Shown: positions 8,089 to 18,730, counted from the stretch's first letter. The stretch: 40,082 bases of DNA from an uncultured Desulfobacula sp. (GCA_964646305.1 CAZYDL010000001.1:1-40082), one strand, 5' to 3'. Notes: generated by a model from the sequence alone, not told the origin. A program made the numbers and translations.

Positions 8089-9339
8089 TTAATGTTTAAA
8101 GCTTCTTTGCCCCGTATAAACCATGGTTGCATCATTCTCATTGCACGCTTCAATGCTCTGATAATCATTTAAAGAACCACCTGGCTGAACCACAGCTTTA
8201 ATCCCCTGGGAAAGCCCAACATCAATGCCGTCCCTGAATGGGAAAAATGCATCGGAAACCATGGTTGAGCCGATAAGGCCGCCTTTTACCTCTGCTACAT
8301 CATTTTCAATTTCCGCTCTTTTATCTGTCTCTTTAAGGTCGGCAAAACCTGTTGCATATCTTTCAAAACAATACCTGTCACAAAGTTTTCTATAGGCTTT
8401 GTCCACAGCAATTTCTGCCACCCCTACCCTGTCCTGTTCGCCTGTTCCTATTCCCACGGTGGCATTATCCTTTACATAAATAACAGAATTGGATGTAATG
8501 CCCGATTCCACAAGCCATCCAAAGAGCATATCTTCATATTCCTCTGCTGTGGGTTCACGGTTAATTTTAAATATTTTACCTTTATAATCTGTGGAAGCTG
8601 TAATAAAATCCTTTGTGGAAAGAGTTTGGGGAACAAATGACCACTGGGCCACCATGCCGCCGTCCATAAGGGATTTAAAATCAATGACTCTCTCACCTAT
8701 AAAATTTTGAAGTTTATTAATATTATTGATTCTAATTACCCTTAAGTTTTTTCTTGCCCCAAGAATATCCATGACTCCATCTTCAAATTCAGGAGCTACA
8801 ACAACCTCTGCATATTGAGCTGCTATTGCCTGGGCTGTGGCTTTATCCACAGCTTTATTAAGAGCAATGCAACCGCCAAACGCTGCCACACGATCTGCCA
8901 TATAAGCTTTGTTATAAGCCTGTTCAAGACTTTGCGCCCTTGCAGCCCCACAGGGGTTATTATGTTTTACAATGACTGCGCATGGAGTATCAGTAAAATA
9001 TCGTAAAATATTCAAAGCATTGTCAGCATCTGTAAGATTGGTTTTCCCTGGATGCTTGCCTGATTGTAAAAGTTCAATATCAGAAACCAGATATTTTCCC
9101 GGAGCTATGGTTTTGGCATCCCCAAGTGCAAGATTGCCGTTTACAAGTTTGTAAAGTGCTGCTTCCTGTCCTGGGTTTTCTCCATATCTTAAACCTTTGT
9201 TTACTCCTTCAATCACCCAGGATACTTTTTCATAAAAAAGAGTCTGCCTGCTCTCTCCGTCAACAAAACTGACTTCAAGGTTAGGAGTAAAATGATCATC
9301 CATAATTGTTTTATACATTTTTTTAAGATCCTGGGGCAT
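8089..9339 (-). CDS. purH: AICAR transformylase half of a split PurH
   Basis: LRYGENPGQ, KHNNPCG, IGTGEQDRV, SDAFFPFRD, QPGGS and terminal FKH motifs. Confidence 0.9.
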   Translation of the reverse strand: MPQDLKKMYKTIMDDHFTPNLEVSFVDGESRQTLFYEKVSWVIEGVNKGLRYGENPGQEAALYKLVNGNLALGDAKTIAPGKYLVSDIELLQSGKHPGKTNLTDADNALNILRYFTDTPCAVIVKHNNPCGAARAQSLEQAYNKAYMADRVAAFGGCIALNKAVDKATAQAIAAQYAEVVVAPEFEDGVMDILGARKNLRVIRINNINKLQNFIGERVIDFKSLMDGGMVAQWSFVPQTLSTKDFITASTDYKGKIFKINREPTAEEYEDMLFGWLVESGITSNSVIYVKDNATVGIGTGEQDRVGVAEIAVDKAYRKLCDRYCFERYATGFADLKETDKRAEIENDVAEVKGGLIGSTMVSDAFFPFRDGIDVGLSQGIKAVVQPGGSLNDYQSIEACNENDATMVYTGQRSFKH

Positions 9340-9342
9340 AAC

Positions 9343-10026
9343 TTATTCTCCTGATTTATAACATGATTGAACTTCGTTCATGGTTCGTTCACCAAGGTAT
9401 TGAGCAATATTTGAGTCATATGAAGCAGTATGCTCAAAAGCTTTCTGGGACAGGGCAAATCTATCCTCAAGGGATAGAGAGCCTTTATTTGCCTTAAGAT
9501 TTTTTAAAACATTTGAATATGATGAAGGGTCAACTATTGATGCCACACGAATGAAATTCTTGGCTGATGCCCGAATCATGGTAGGCCCTCCTATATCAAT
9601 ATTGCCTCTGGCATCTTCAGCAGTCACACCCTGCCTTGCAATGGTTTGGCTGAAAGGATACAGATTAACAACAACCATATCAATGGCACGGGCGTTTGTC
9701 CTTTGCAAATCATCCTGGTGGGCATCATTATAGGTTTCTGTTAACAGCCCGAGATAAATTTTAAAATCAAGGGTTTTAACAAGTCCTCCCTGGGTTTCCG
9801 GCTGTCCTGTATAATCAGACACTTTCTGGAGACATGTTTTTGCCCTACTCCCTAAAATTTCTTTAATTTTACCATATGTTCCACCGGTTGAAAGAATCAA
9901 AATATCCGGATTCACCTTTACCAATCCCGGAACAAATGTATCCAATCCTGATTTATCAGATACGCTCATCAAAACGGTTCTGATTTTCACATAATTATCA
10001 ATTTTTTCAACCACATTTTTACCCAT
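9343..10026 (-). CDS. purH: IMP cyclohydrolase (MGS-like) half of a split PurH
   Basis: SVSDKSGL, STGGT, VKTL, VVNLYPF, NIDIGGPTMIRASAKN, AFEHTASYD; ATG at 10026 with AAGGA RBS. Confidence 0.88.
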   Translation of the reverse strand: MGKNVVEKIDNYVKIRTVLMSVSDKSGLDTFVPGLVKVNPDILILSTGGTYGKIKEILGSRAKTCLQKVSDYTGQPETQGGLVKTLDFKIYLGLLTETYNDAHQDDLQRTNARAIDMVVVNLYPFSQTIARQGVTAEDARGNIDIGGPTMIRASAKNFIRVASIVDPSSYSNVLKNLKANKGSLSLEDRFALSQKAFEHTASYDSNIAQYLGERTMNEVQSCYKSGE

Positions 10027-10255
10027 ACTTTTTCCTTTTTCCAATACATTGTAATTTTCTATTAATATAATTAAGAATTTATATCTATCAACATACTATA
10101 GAACTTTAAGCAAGACAAATTAAAACTGAGCTTTAATTTTTCTTGCAAATTTCATCTCTTTGTTATATCAGTTTGTGTGTTTTGCAACTATATAAATGAT
10201 AGGAATGTATATGAAAATAGTTATTCCTAAGTGTAAATTAATGGAGGTTTGAAAC

Positions 10256-13018
10256 ATGTCCGAACGAAAGATTACAATTAATGGCAGTCTGCTTGCGTTT
10301 GAGCCCGGACAGACAATCCTGGAAGTAGCTGAGGACAATGACATTGATATTCCCAAACTATGCCATCTCAAAGGTGCTAAACCCACAGGCGCCTGTCGTA
10401 TGTGCCTTGTGGAAATTGATGGATGGTGGGGCCTTTCAGCATCATGTGTAACTCCTGCAGCCGATGGCCTTGTTGTACATACCGAGTCTCAAAAAGTCAT
10501 TGAATCCCGTAGAAATACATTGGAACTTTTAATGGCATCGGGAAACCATAATTGCGCCATTGGAACTCCAGGCGACTCCAGCTGGGAAGAATTCCAGGAA
10601 AACACCCATAAATATGATAAAGGTGCAAATCTTTGCCCTGCCTGGGGAGACTGTACCCTCCAGGATTATGCTTACAGATACCAGGTCAAGGGAGACAGGT
10701 TTGCTAAAACTGAATGTCCCTATCCCCTTGAGGATACCAACCCCTTTATAACAAGGGATTTCTCAAGATGTATTCTTTGCGGGCGCTGTGTGCAGGCATG
10801 TAATGAAATACAGGTTAACAGGGCTCTTAGCATTGGCTTTCGAGGCTCTGATGCCAAGGTTATAACAGGAACAGACACAACTCTTGCAGATTCCAATTGT
10901 GTATTCTGCGGCGAATGTATCCAGGTCTGCCCGGTTGGTGCTCTTGTTGAAAAAGATGTGGTTAAAATCAAGGATCACTGGATAAATGATAAAGTAAGAA
11001 CCACATGCTCCTATTGCGGTGTGGGATGTCAAATGAATCTCCATGTAAAAGATAATAAAATCATTAGAATCACAGGTGTTGAAGATGCAGCTCCCAACTA
11101 TGGAAGCCTTTGTGTAAAAGGCAGATATGGTTTTGATTTTGTTCACAGCCCTGAACGTCTGACAAAACCTTTGATCAAAAAAGATGGGGAGTTTGTAGAG
11201 TCCTCCTGGGACGAAGCCCTTGATCTTGTTGCAAACAAATTCAATGAAATCAAAGATAAACATGGTTCAGATTCACTTGGTGTTTTCACCTCTGCAAGAG
11301 TAACCAATGAAGAAAACTATATTGCCCATAAATTTACAAGGGCAGTACTGAAAACAAACAATATTGATCACTGCGCCCGATTGTGACATTCCTCAACAGT
11401 GGCCGGTCTGGCCGCAGCTTTTGGAAGTGGTGCAATGACAAATCCAATCAAGGATATTGAAAAAGCAGATGTTATCCTTGCAACGGGAACAAATACTACG
11501 GAAAATCACCCTGTGCTCTCTTCCTATATAAAAAGAGCAGCAACCCTTGGAAAAGGCAAACTCATTGTAATTGACCCAAGAAACATTGAACTTGCAGAAT
11601 TTGCCGATATCTATATCCAGCAAAAACTTGGCACTGATGTGGCATGGATAAACGGTCTCATGCATGTCATCATTAAAGAAGATCTGCAGGATAAAACATT
11701 TGTGGCAGACAGAACCCAGGGGTTTGAAGACCTTAAACAGATGGTGGAAAAATTTACTCCTGATTATGTGGAAGCAATTACCGGAATTGCCGCAAAAGAC
11801 ATTGAAGAAACTGCAAGGCTTTATGCAAATGCAGGCGTTGCAAGTATTTTGTACTGCATGGGCATTACCCAGCATACAACCGGCACAGATAATGTAAAAT
11901 CCCTTGCCAACCTTGCCATGCTCTGCGGCAACCTTGGTGTTGAGGGTGGAGGGGTTAATCCTCTTCGAGGGCAGAACAATGTTCAGGGAGCATGTGACCT
12001 TGGCGGCCTTCCCAATGTTTTTACTGCATATCAATCTGTAACAGATGATGCTTCAAGGAAAATATTGGAAAACAAGTGGGATATCACAGGACTTTCTTCC
12101 AAACCCGGCTTAACCGCCACAGAGATGGTTCCTGCAGCCCATGACGGCAAAATCAAGGCCTTTTATATTATAGGAGAAAATCCCCTTGTCTCTGACCCTG
12201 ATCTTGCCCATGCAAAGGCAAGTTTTGACAAATTAGATTTTATCGTGGTCCAGGACATGTTCTTGACAGAGACTGCACAGGTTGCCGATGTAGTTCTTCC
12301 TGCAAGATGCTTTGCAGAAAAAGACGGTACATTCAGCAACACAGAAAGAAAAGTCCAGAGAATCAGACAGGCTGTAACTCCTCCTGGAGAAGCAAAATAT
12401 GACTGGGAAATAACCTGTGAAATTGCAACACGCATGGGTTATGCCATGTCCTATGAAAATTCCGAAGCAATAATGGAAGAGATTGCCCAGGTTACACCAT
12501 CCTATGGCGGCATAAGCTATGACAGAATCGAAAAAGAGGGCCTGCACTGGCCATGTCCCGATGCAAACCATCCTGGCACACCAATACTGCACATAGGGCA
12601 ATTTCCAAAGGGAAGAGGTCAATTCCATGCCATAGATTATATTCCACCCAATGAACTGCCCGATGACGAGTATCCGCTTGCCCTTACAACGGGACGTCTG
12701 ATTTACCATTACCATACAGGAACAATGACAAGAAAAACCAAAGGGTTAAACGAAAAAGCCCCTGAAAACTTTATTGAAATTTCAGCTATGGATGCTTCAA
12801 ATCTTGGCCTTGCCAATGGCGACACAACAAAGGTCAGTTCACGAAGGGGTGAGGTAAAAGCCAGTGTGGTTGTTTCTTCCAAAATGAGTATTGGTACAGT
12901 ATTTATGCCATTTCATTTTGCTGAAAATGCTGCAAACAACCTTACAAATCCAGCCCTTGATCCTGTTTCCAAAATTCCGGAATTCAAGGTGTGTGCAATC
13001 AAAATTGAAAAGGTATAA
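10256..13018 (+). CDS. fdhF: Selenocysteine-containing cytoplasmic formate dehydrogenase catalytic subunit (~920 aa) with NuoG/HydA-like N-terminal Fe-S module
   Basis: ORFs 10256-11386 and 11399-13018 share one frame joined by TGA 11384-11386 in NNIDHCARL-U-HSSTVAGL; [2Fe-2S], 2x[4Fe-4S] and CSYCGVGC motifs; PLRGQNNVQG; no Tat signal. Confidence 0.93.
11384..11415 (+). promoter_or_regulatory. UGA codon with bacterial SECIS hairpin
   Basis: GTGGCC-GGTCT-GGCCGC stem-loop (11399-11415) starts 12 nt after the TGA; its apex resembles the E. coli fdhF SECIS. Confidence 0.85.
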
Positions 13019-13229
13019 ATTTAAATTTAAACAACTTGTATATTAATGACCAGCATATTTAAGATAATGCCTGAACGAAAACCTGATAATTTGTTCAAGT
13101 ACAAGGCGGGGAAAATTTTAACCACAGACATACAAGTAGTATTTCGAGGATTAAAATTTTTTACCCACGCCGTAATTGGACAAATTAGCGGTTGTCGATT
13201 GGCAGTAATATAAATCACAAGGAGATAGT

Positions 13230-13733
13230 ATGAGTTCATCAGCCATGGATCAGACCAGGGATTATACTGAAGTTATTGAAGTCCTTGATAGATATAACAG
13301 AGAGCCATCCAGAATTATTCCCATACTACAGGATATTCAATCACTATTTCGTTTTCTGCCCGAAGATGTAATGATTTTTGTAGCAAAAGAGATGAAAATA
13401 TCATCTGCTAAGGTTTATGGTATTTCCACATTTTATAACCATTTTTCTCTGGTACCAAAGGGTAAATATGAAATCAAGGTATGTAATGGAACTGCCTGCC
13501 ATGTGAAAGGTTCAGGTAAATTGATTGAAAAATTCCTGGCAACACTGGATCTCCCGGATGGAGAAATAACAACGCCGGATGGTACTTTTTCCTTTGAAAC
13601 TGTTGCATGCCTTGGAGCCTGCGGTCTTGCCCCTGCGGTTATCATAAATGATGATGTATATGGTCAGGTGACACCTGGAAAAGCTGTTAAACTGCATGAC
13701 GAAATAAAAGTTAAGGAAGCCCATCATGAATGA
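13230..13733 (+). CDS. NuoE/HydC-like [2Fe-2S] subunit
   Basis: STFYNHF, VCNGTACHVKG, VACLGACGLAP. Confidence 0.92.
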   Translation: MSSSAMDQTRDYTEVIEVLDRYNREPSRIIPILQDIQSLFRFLPEDVMIFVAKEMKISSAKVYGISTFYNHFSLVPKGKYEIKVCNGTACHVKGSGKLIEKFLATLDLPDGEITTPDGTFSFETVACLGACGLAPAVIINDDVYGQVTPGKAVKLHDEIKVKEAHHE

Positions 13734-15651
13734 TATCAACTTAAAGCAGATAAAAGAATCCTATCTTAAACGCAGTGAAATTGTAACACAAAGAATTATT
13801 GTATGCGCTGGAACCGGCTGTCTTGCAATTGGTGCCATGGATGTTTACAACAAACTTGTTGAAGAGATAAAAGCTAAGGGTCTTGATGTGCTTGTATCTC
13901 TTGATTTTGATGAAAAAGAACATGCTCACCCCAATGGTGCCATTCATGTTTCTGAAAGCGGGTGCCAGGGCATTTGTCAGCTTGGCCCCCTTGTGACGAT
14001 AAAGCCGGAAGGAATTTTCTATACCAAAGTCAAGGTCAAGGATGTTCCGGAAATTGTTGAAAAAACAATTGTTGAAAAAGAGATTATTAAGAAGCTTCTC
14101 TTTAAAAATCCTGCTGATAAAAAGAGATATGAAACCATGGATGAAATCCCTTTTTATAATCTACAGACAAGACTGCTCCTTGAACCATGCGGCAGTCTTG
14201 ATGCTGAGGATATCAAAGAATATATCTCAATTGACGGATATGCAGCAGCTCAAAAATCATATACTCAGATGACCCCGAAAGAGATCTGTCAGGTTGTCTT
14301 AGATGCAGGACTCAGAGGCCGCGGCGGCGGTGGATTCCCTGCCGGAAAAAAGTGGATGCTGGCACTGAAACAGGATTCAAAAAAGAAATATATTCTCTGT
14401 AATGGAGATGAGGGTGACCCTGGTGCTTTCATGGACGGCAGTATTCTGGTGGGCAACCCCCACTCTGTTGTTGAAGGAATGATGATAGCAGCAAAGGCTA
14501 TGGGATCTGATGAAGGGCTTGTGTATGTAAGAACAGAGTATCCCCTTGCTGTAAAAAGAATCAAAAAAGCCATTGAGGTTGCAAGATCAATGGGATTTCT
14601 TGGTAAAGATATCTTTGGTTCAGGCCATAATTTTGATATCAGGGTCATGGAGGGAGCAGGAGCCTTTGTCTGTGGTGAAGCCAGTGCAATGGTTGAAAGT
14701 ATTACAGGGAACCGCGGCATTCCAAGGCCAAAACCTCCAAGGACAGCAGAACAGGGACTGCACCTTAAACCCACCATTGTAAATAATGTTGAGACCCTCT
14801 CATCTGTGCCTCTTATTCTTCTCCACGGCGCTGATGAATATAGAAAATATGGGACTGAAGGTTCTTCCGGCACAAAAACATTTGCCCTGACAGGCCATGT
14901 TGCAAATACAGGCTTGATTGAAGTTCCCTTTGGAACAACTCTGCGTGAAATCATCTTTGATATCGGCGGCGGTGTTGTAAATGAAAACGGTAAGATAGAC
15001 AACAGCAGTTTCAAGGCTGTCCAGACAGGAGGTCCTTCTGGCGGATGCCTGCCTGAAAAACATCTTGATATCCCGCTCTCTTTTGACTCCCTTAAAAAAA
15101 TCGGATCAATGGTTGGCTCCGGCGGTATGGTTGTAATGAACAAAGATACATGCATGGTGCAGGTTGCACGATTTTTCATACAGTTCACCCATGAAGAGTC
15201 CTGCGGCAAATGCACTCCCTGCCGTGAAGGAACAAAACAGATTCTTGGTCTGCTCGATGAAATAATAGAAGGCAGAGGAACCCTTGAAACGATAACGACT
15301 CTTGAAGAACTTAGCAAAGCTGTTATGGATTCATCGTTGTGTGGCCTTGGAAAATCAGCTCCATCACCCATTCTCTCCACCATCAAAGAGTTTAGAGAAG
15401 AGTATGAATCCCATGTAATAGATAAATTCTGCCCCACAGGCAAATGTTCAAGCCTTTTTGATTTCAGGATAGATCCTATTGTTTGTAAAGGTTGTATGCT
15501 TTGTGCAAAAGAGTGCCCCACAAATGCAATCACAGGCGAAAAAAAAGAATCCCATAAAATAGCACAGCAGGATTGCACAAAATGTGGTACATGCAGGACT
15601 ACATGTAAATTTAGTGCTGTTAAGGCTGTCAGAGTTGGAACATATGGATAA
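13726..15651 (+). CDS. NuoF/HydB-like FMN/NADH-binding subunit with extra Fe-S domains
   Basis: N-terminal CAGTGC...GCQGIC; LRGRGGGGFP; NGDEGDPGAFMD; GGPSGGC; ESCGKCTPCREG; C-terminal 2x CxxCxxCxxxC. Confidence 0.92.
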   Translation: MNDINLKQIKESYLKRSEIVTQRIIVCAGTGCLAIGAMDVYNKLVEEIKAKGLDVLVSLDFDEKEHAHPNGAIHVSESGCQGICQLGPLVTIKPEGIFYTKVKVKDVPEIVEKTIVEKEIIKKLLFKNPADKKRYETMDEIPFYNLQTRLLLEPCGSLDAEDIKEYISIDGYAAAQKSYTQMTPKEICQVVLDAGLRGRGGGGFPAGKKWMLALKQDSKKKYILCNGDEGDPGAFMDGSILVGNPHSVVEGMMIAAKAMGSDEGLVYVRTEYPLAVKRIKKAIEVARSMGFLGKDIFGSGHNFDIRVMEGAGAFVCGEASAMVESITGNRGIPRPKPPRTAEQGLHLKPTIVNNVETLSSVPLILLHGADEYRKYGTEGSSGTKTFALTGHVANTGLIEVPFGTTLREIIFDIGGGVVNENGKIDNSSFKAVQTGGPSGGCLPEKHLDIPLSFDSLKKIGSMVGSGGMVVMNKDTCMVQVARFFIQFTHEESCGKCTPCREGTKQILGLLDEIIEGRGTLETITTLEELSKAVMDSSLCGLGKSAPSPILSTIKEFREEYESHVIDKFCPTGKCSSLFDFRIDPIVCKGCMLCAKECPTNAITGEKKESHKIAQQDCTKCGTCRTTCKFSAVKAVRVGTYG

Positions 15652-15771
15652 ACAACCTGTTAAAAGTATTGGACTTTTATATATGCCAGCTTGGAAATAG
15701 GAAAACGATCAGATGCAAACAGTCTGGCTGTTTTTTGTGTATAATAACAACAACTATATCAGGAGATAAAA

Positions 15772-16923
15772 ATGACTGCTGATGTTTTTTTCATGGATCT
15801 AAAAGCCACTTCAAAGGAAAATCTCCCGCAAAAACTTGCAAGACTTGTAAAAACAGCAGGTATTCAAAAAATTTTAACAGAGAATGACTTAACCTCTGTA
15901 AAAATTCATTTTGGGGAAAAAGGCAATACAGCATATATCCGTCCGGTCTTTGTAAGGCAAATCATAGAGACAATAAAAGAGTATAAAGCCAATCCATTTT
16001 TGACAGATGCCAATACTCTTTATGCAGGAACAAGATCCAATAGTGTTTCTCATATTCATACAGCCATTGAAAATGGATTTTCTTACTCATCCATGGATGC
16101 TACACCCATTATCATTGCCGATGGGTTAAGGGGAAACAATACAACCAAAATTAAAATCGACCAGAAAAACTGCAAACATGTTTATATTGGTTCTGACATT
16201 ATAGATTCAGATACCCTGGTCTCCATAGCCCACTTCAAAGGCCACGAGCTTTCTGGATTTGGCGGTACCTTAAAAAATATTGGTATGGGCTGTGCCTCAA
16301 GAAAAGGCAAACTTGACATGCATTCCAGGGTCAGCCCGAGAATAAGACGTAAAACCTGTATTGGATGTGCTCAGTGTGCAGAGCACTGCCCTGTAGCAGC
16401 CATTGAGCTAAAAGAAAATGATAATAAAGAAAAAAAAGCCTATCTTGATCCTAAAAAATGTATAGGCTGTGCAGAGTGTATTGTCAGATGTCCCACAGAC
16501 TCGGTTAAAATCAATTGGAACCAGACTATACCTGTATTCCTTGAAAAAATGATGGAATATACTTTTGGAGTCCTCAAAAATAAAGAAAAAAAAGCCCTGT
16601 TCATAAATTTTATTACAGATATTGCTCCAAAATGTGACTGCCTTCCCTATAATGAAGCCCCCATAGTTAATAATATAGGTATCCTTGCATCCACTGACCC
16701 TGTTGCCATTGACCAGGCAAGTGCTGATCTTGTCAACAAAGAAAAAGCCTTGCCAGGCAGTGTCCTTAAAACAAATATGGAGCCTGGTGAAGATAAATTC
16801 AAAGGACTTTATCCTGATGTTGACTGGGAGCACCAGCTTGATTATGCCCAAAACATAGGGCTTGGCACCAGAAAATACACACTTGTAAAACTTAAAACCC
16901 TTTCACACAAGATAAAGAGCTAA
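15772..16923 (+). CDS. DUF362 family Fe-S protein with an inserted 2x[4Fe-4S] domain
   Basis: KIHFGEKGN, HFKGHELSGFGGTLKNIGMGCASRKGK, two ferredoxin motifs, CDC, DPVAIDQA. Confidence 0.88.
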   Translation: MTADVFFMDLKATSKENLPQKLARLVKTAGIQKILTENDLTSVKIHFGEKGNTAYIRPVFVRQIIETIKEYKANPFLTDANTLYAGTRSNSVSHIHTAIENGFSYSSMDATPIIIADGLRGNNTTKIKIDQKNCKHVYIGSDIIDSDTLVSIAHFKGHELSGFGGTLKNIGMGCASRKGKLDMHSRVSPRIRRKTCIGCAQCAEHCPVAAIELKENDNKEKKAYLDPKKCIGCAECIVRCPTDSVKINWNQTIPVFLEKMMEYTFGVLKNKEKKALFINFITDIAPKCDCLPYNEAPIVNNIGILASTDPVAIDQASADLVNKEKALPGSVLKTNMEPGEDKFKGLYPDVDWEHQLDYAQNIGLGTRKYTLVKLKTLSHKIKS

Positions 16924-16976
16924 AGTTTTCTTCCAATTACAGAGTATCCCATGATGCCGGTGTATTGGATAACGCG

Positions 16977-17058
16977 TTCCAGGAAATTTACCTTTTGGCC
17001 GCTGGTTAGAACTTGCAACAGGCTCTAAGATTTGCTCCGCTTTCAGGCAAAAACTCAG
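16977..17058 (-). repeat. Half-copy of the palindromic repeat at 38.3-38.5 kb
   Basis: 16977-17032 aligns with the reverse complement of 38413-38469 at 45/57 by hand; weaker similarity continues to ~17058. Confidence 0.7.
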
Positions 17059-17110
17059 TCATTCTTCGATAAAATGAGAAGGATAGATAACTTGAAATGG
17101 ACATTAATAC

Positions 17111-17575
17111 CTATTGTATGTTGTCAACAGGATAAAGACGATCTTTTATTTTAAAAAACAATTGATCGTTTTTTTCTTCAAAAAATTTGGAAATTTTGAA
17201 AAGGGCGCGGTCTGTAAACTTGACAAGATGTTCAGGGGTTTTAAGAAAAAGCTTGTCATCCTTTTCAAACAATTGTTTTGGATCTAATTTTATTGTTTCA
17301 CCATTATTGAGCTTAAGAAGAATCTCTTTTTCCTCTTTGATATCAAAAACAAAAATAGCTGTCTCTTTATAAGGGAAATAAACCTTTTCTTCCTGCTCTT
17401 CACTCTCCTGAAACACATAATATCCGTTTTCATCTTTTCTAATGGAAGTATGGAAATGTCTTATGATTTTAGGGTGCTCAAATTTCCCATGTTTGTTATA
17501 CCAGTCACCGTTTTCATTCATCCAGAAAACAGCATCTTTTTTTGAAATAATAATTTGTTTTTTCTTTTTGGCCAA
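17111..17575 (-). CDS. Hypothetical protein (DUF1285-like)
   Basis: GAGGAG RBS with TTG start; G.W...G.FEH..I...F...I pattern and EKVYF.Y.ET..FV. Confidence 0.6.
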   Translation of the reverse strand: MAKKKKQIIISKKDAVFWMNENGDWYNKHGKFEHPKIIRHFHTSIRKDENGYYVFQESEEQEEKVYFPYKETAIFVFDIKEEKEILLKLNNGETIKLDPKQLFEKDDKLFLKTPEHLVKFTDRALFKISKFFEEKNDQLFFKIKDRLYPVDNIQ

Positions 17576-17605
17576 AAATATCTCTCCTCGACAGCCCGTT
17601 AATCC

Positions 17606-18730
17606 TTACATCATAAAACTCCATAGTATACCGGCGCAAACAGCAGATCCTATGACGCCTGAAGAGTTGCAGGCCATGGCATGCATCAGCAGAAAATTAG
17701 TTGGGTCTTCCTTAAGGCCCATCACATGAACTTCGCGTGCTGAACCGGGAACTGCTGAAACACCAGCTGCCCCAAGCAGCGGATTGATCTTTTCCTTCAT
17801 AAAGAAGTTCATGATCTTTGCAAAAATAACACCTGATGCTGTGGCAATGCTGAATGCAACGGCCCCCAGCAGAAAAATACCTACTGACTTGGGATTGAGA
17901 AAAACATCACCCTGAGTTGATGCTCCAACAGTTAAGCCCAGAAAAATTGTCGCCGTATCAATGACCGATGTGCTGGCAGTGTTGGCCAGGCGATCAACCA
18001 CACCTGACTCTTTCATGATGTTGCCGAAGAAAAAGGTGCCCAGCAGCGGAATGGAAGCCGGAGCCAGAAAACAGCAAAGGAACAGGGCGACCACTGGAAA
18101 AATCAGCAGCTCTGTTCTGGAAACGAGGCGAGAATCGGGCATACGTATAAGACGTTCCTTGCGGGTAGTCAAAAGCCGCATGATCGGTGGCTGAATGATG
18201 GGGATCAGTGCCATATATGAGTAGGCTGCTATGGCTATTGGACCGATCAGGTGAGGCGCCAATTTGGCGGTTAAAAAAATTGAGGTGGGTCCGTCAGCGC
18301 CGCCAATCATAGCGATAGAGGCCGCCTCTTTCGGCATGAAACCTAAAGCCATCGCACTCAATAGCGTTACCCAGATGCCGGCCTGAGCGGCAGCACCTAA
18401 AAGCATGAGTTTAGGCCTTGCCAGCAGTGAGGAAAAATCTGTCATAGCCCCGAGCCCAAGAAAAACTATGGATGGATAGAGGCCGGAGGTCACTCCGAAG
18501 TAGAGATAGTGCAGGACACTGTTTGGTTCATAAATTCCCAGCCCGAAGCCTTTGAAAAATGGGATATTACCTATTAGAACACCAAAACCAATAGGCAGTA
18601 GCAGGAGGGGTTCATACTGTTTGGCAATGGCCAGGTAAACAAATAAAGAGCCGATGGCCAGCATAACAATATTTCGATAATCTACAAGATAAAATCCGGT
18701 GTTTGATAAAAACTGGACAAGCAGTTCCAT
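17606..18730 (-). CDS. oadB: Na+-transporting decarboxylase beta subunit
   Basis: EPLLLLPIGFG, GAMTDF, IGGADGPT, AIAAYSYMAL, INPLLGAAGVSAVP, FLLMHAM; polytopic hydrophobic protein. Confidence 0.9.
   Translation of the reverse strand: MELLVQFLSNTGFYLVDYRNIVMLAIGSLFVYLAIAKQYEPLLLLPIGFGVLIGNIPFFKGFGLGIYEPNSVLHYLYFGVTSGLYPSIVFLGLGAMTDFSSLLARPKLMLLGAAAQAGIWVTLLSAMALGFMPKEAASIAMIGGADGPTSIFLTAKLAPHLIGPIAIAAYSYMALIPIIQPPIMRLLTTRKERLIRMPDSRLVSRTELLIFPVVALFLCCFLAPASIPLLGTFFFGNIMKESGVVDRLANTASTSVIDTATIFLGLTVGASTQGDVFLNPKSVGIFLLGAVAFSIATASGVIFAKIMNFFMKEKINPLLGAAGVSAVPGSAREVHVMGLKEDPTNFLLMHAMACNSSGVIGSAVCAGILWSFMM

Noticed and set aside
11384-11386. fdhF as a pseudogene or as two genes
   Set aside because: The stop is TGA at the catalytic Sec position and is followed by a SECIS-like hairpin
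14289-15578. 429-aa antisense ORF over the HydB/NuoF-like gene
   Set aside because: Fully antisense to a well-conserved gene, Ser/Pro/Thr-rich, with no motifs; a typical shadow ORF, as are the other antisense and nested ORFs in the track
13230-15651. Respiratory complex I nuoEF
   Set aside because: No other nuo genes; the extra Fe-S domains and fdh adjacency indicate a soluble Hyd/Hyl-type diaphorase
15644-15700. 18-codon ORF overlapping the hydB stop, as a relic of a deleted hydA
   Set aside because: No recognisable similarity and a weak RBS; the Fdh already supplies the HydA-type N-terminal module, so no gene need be missing
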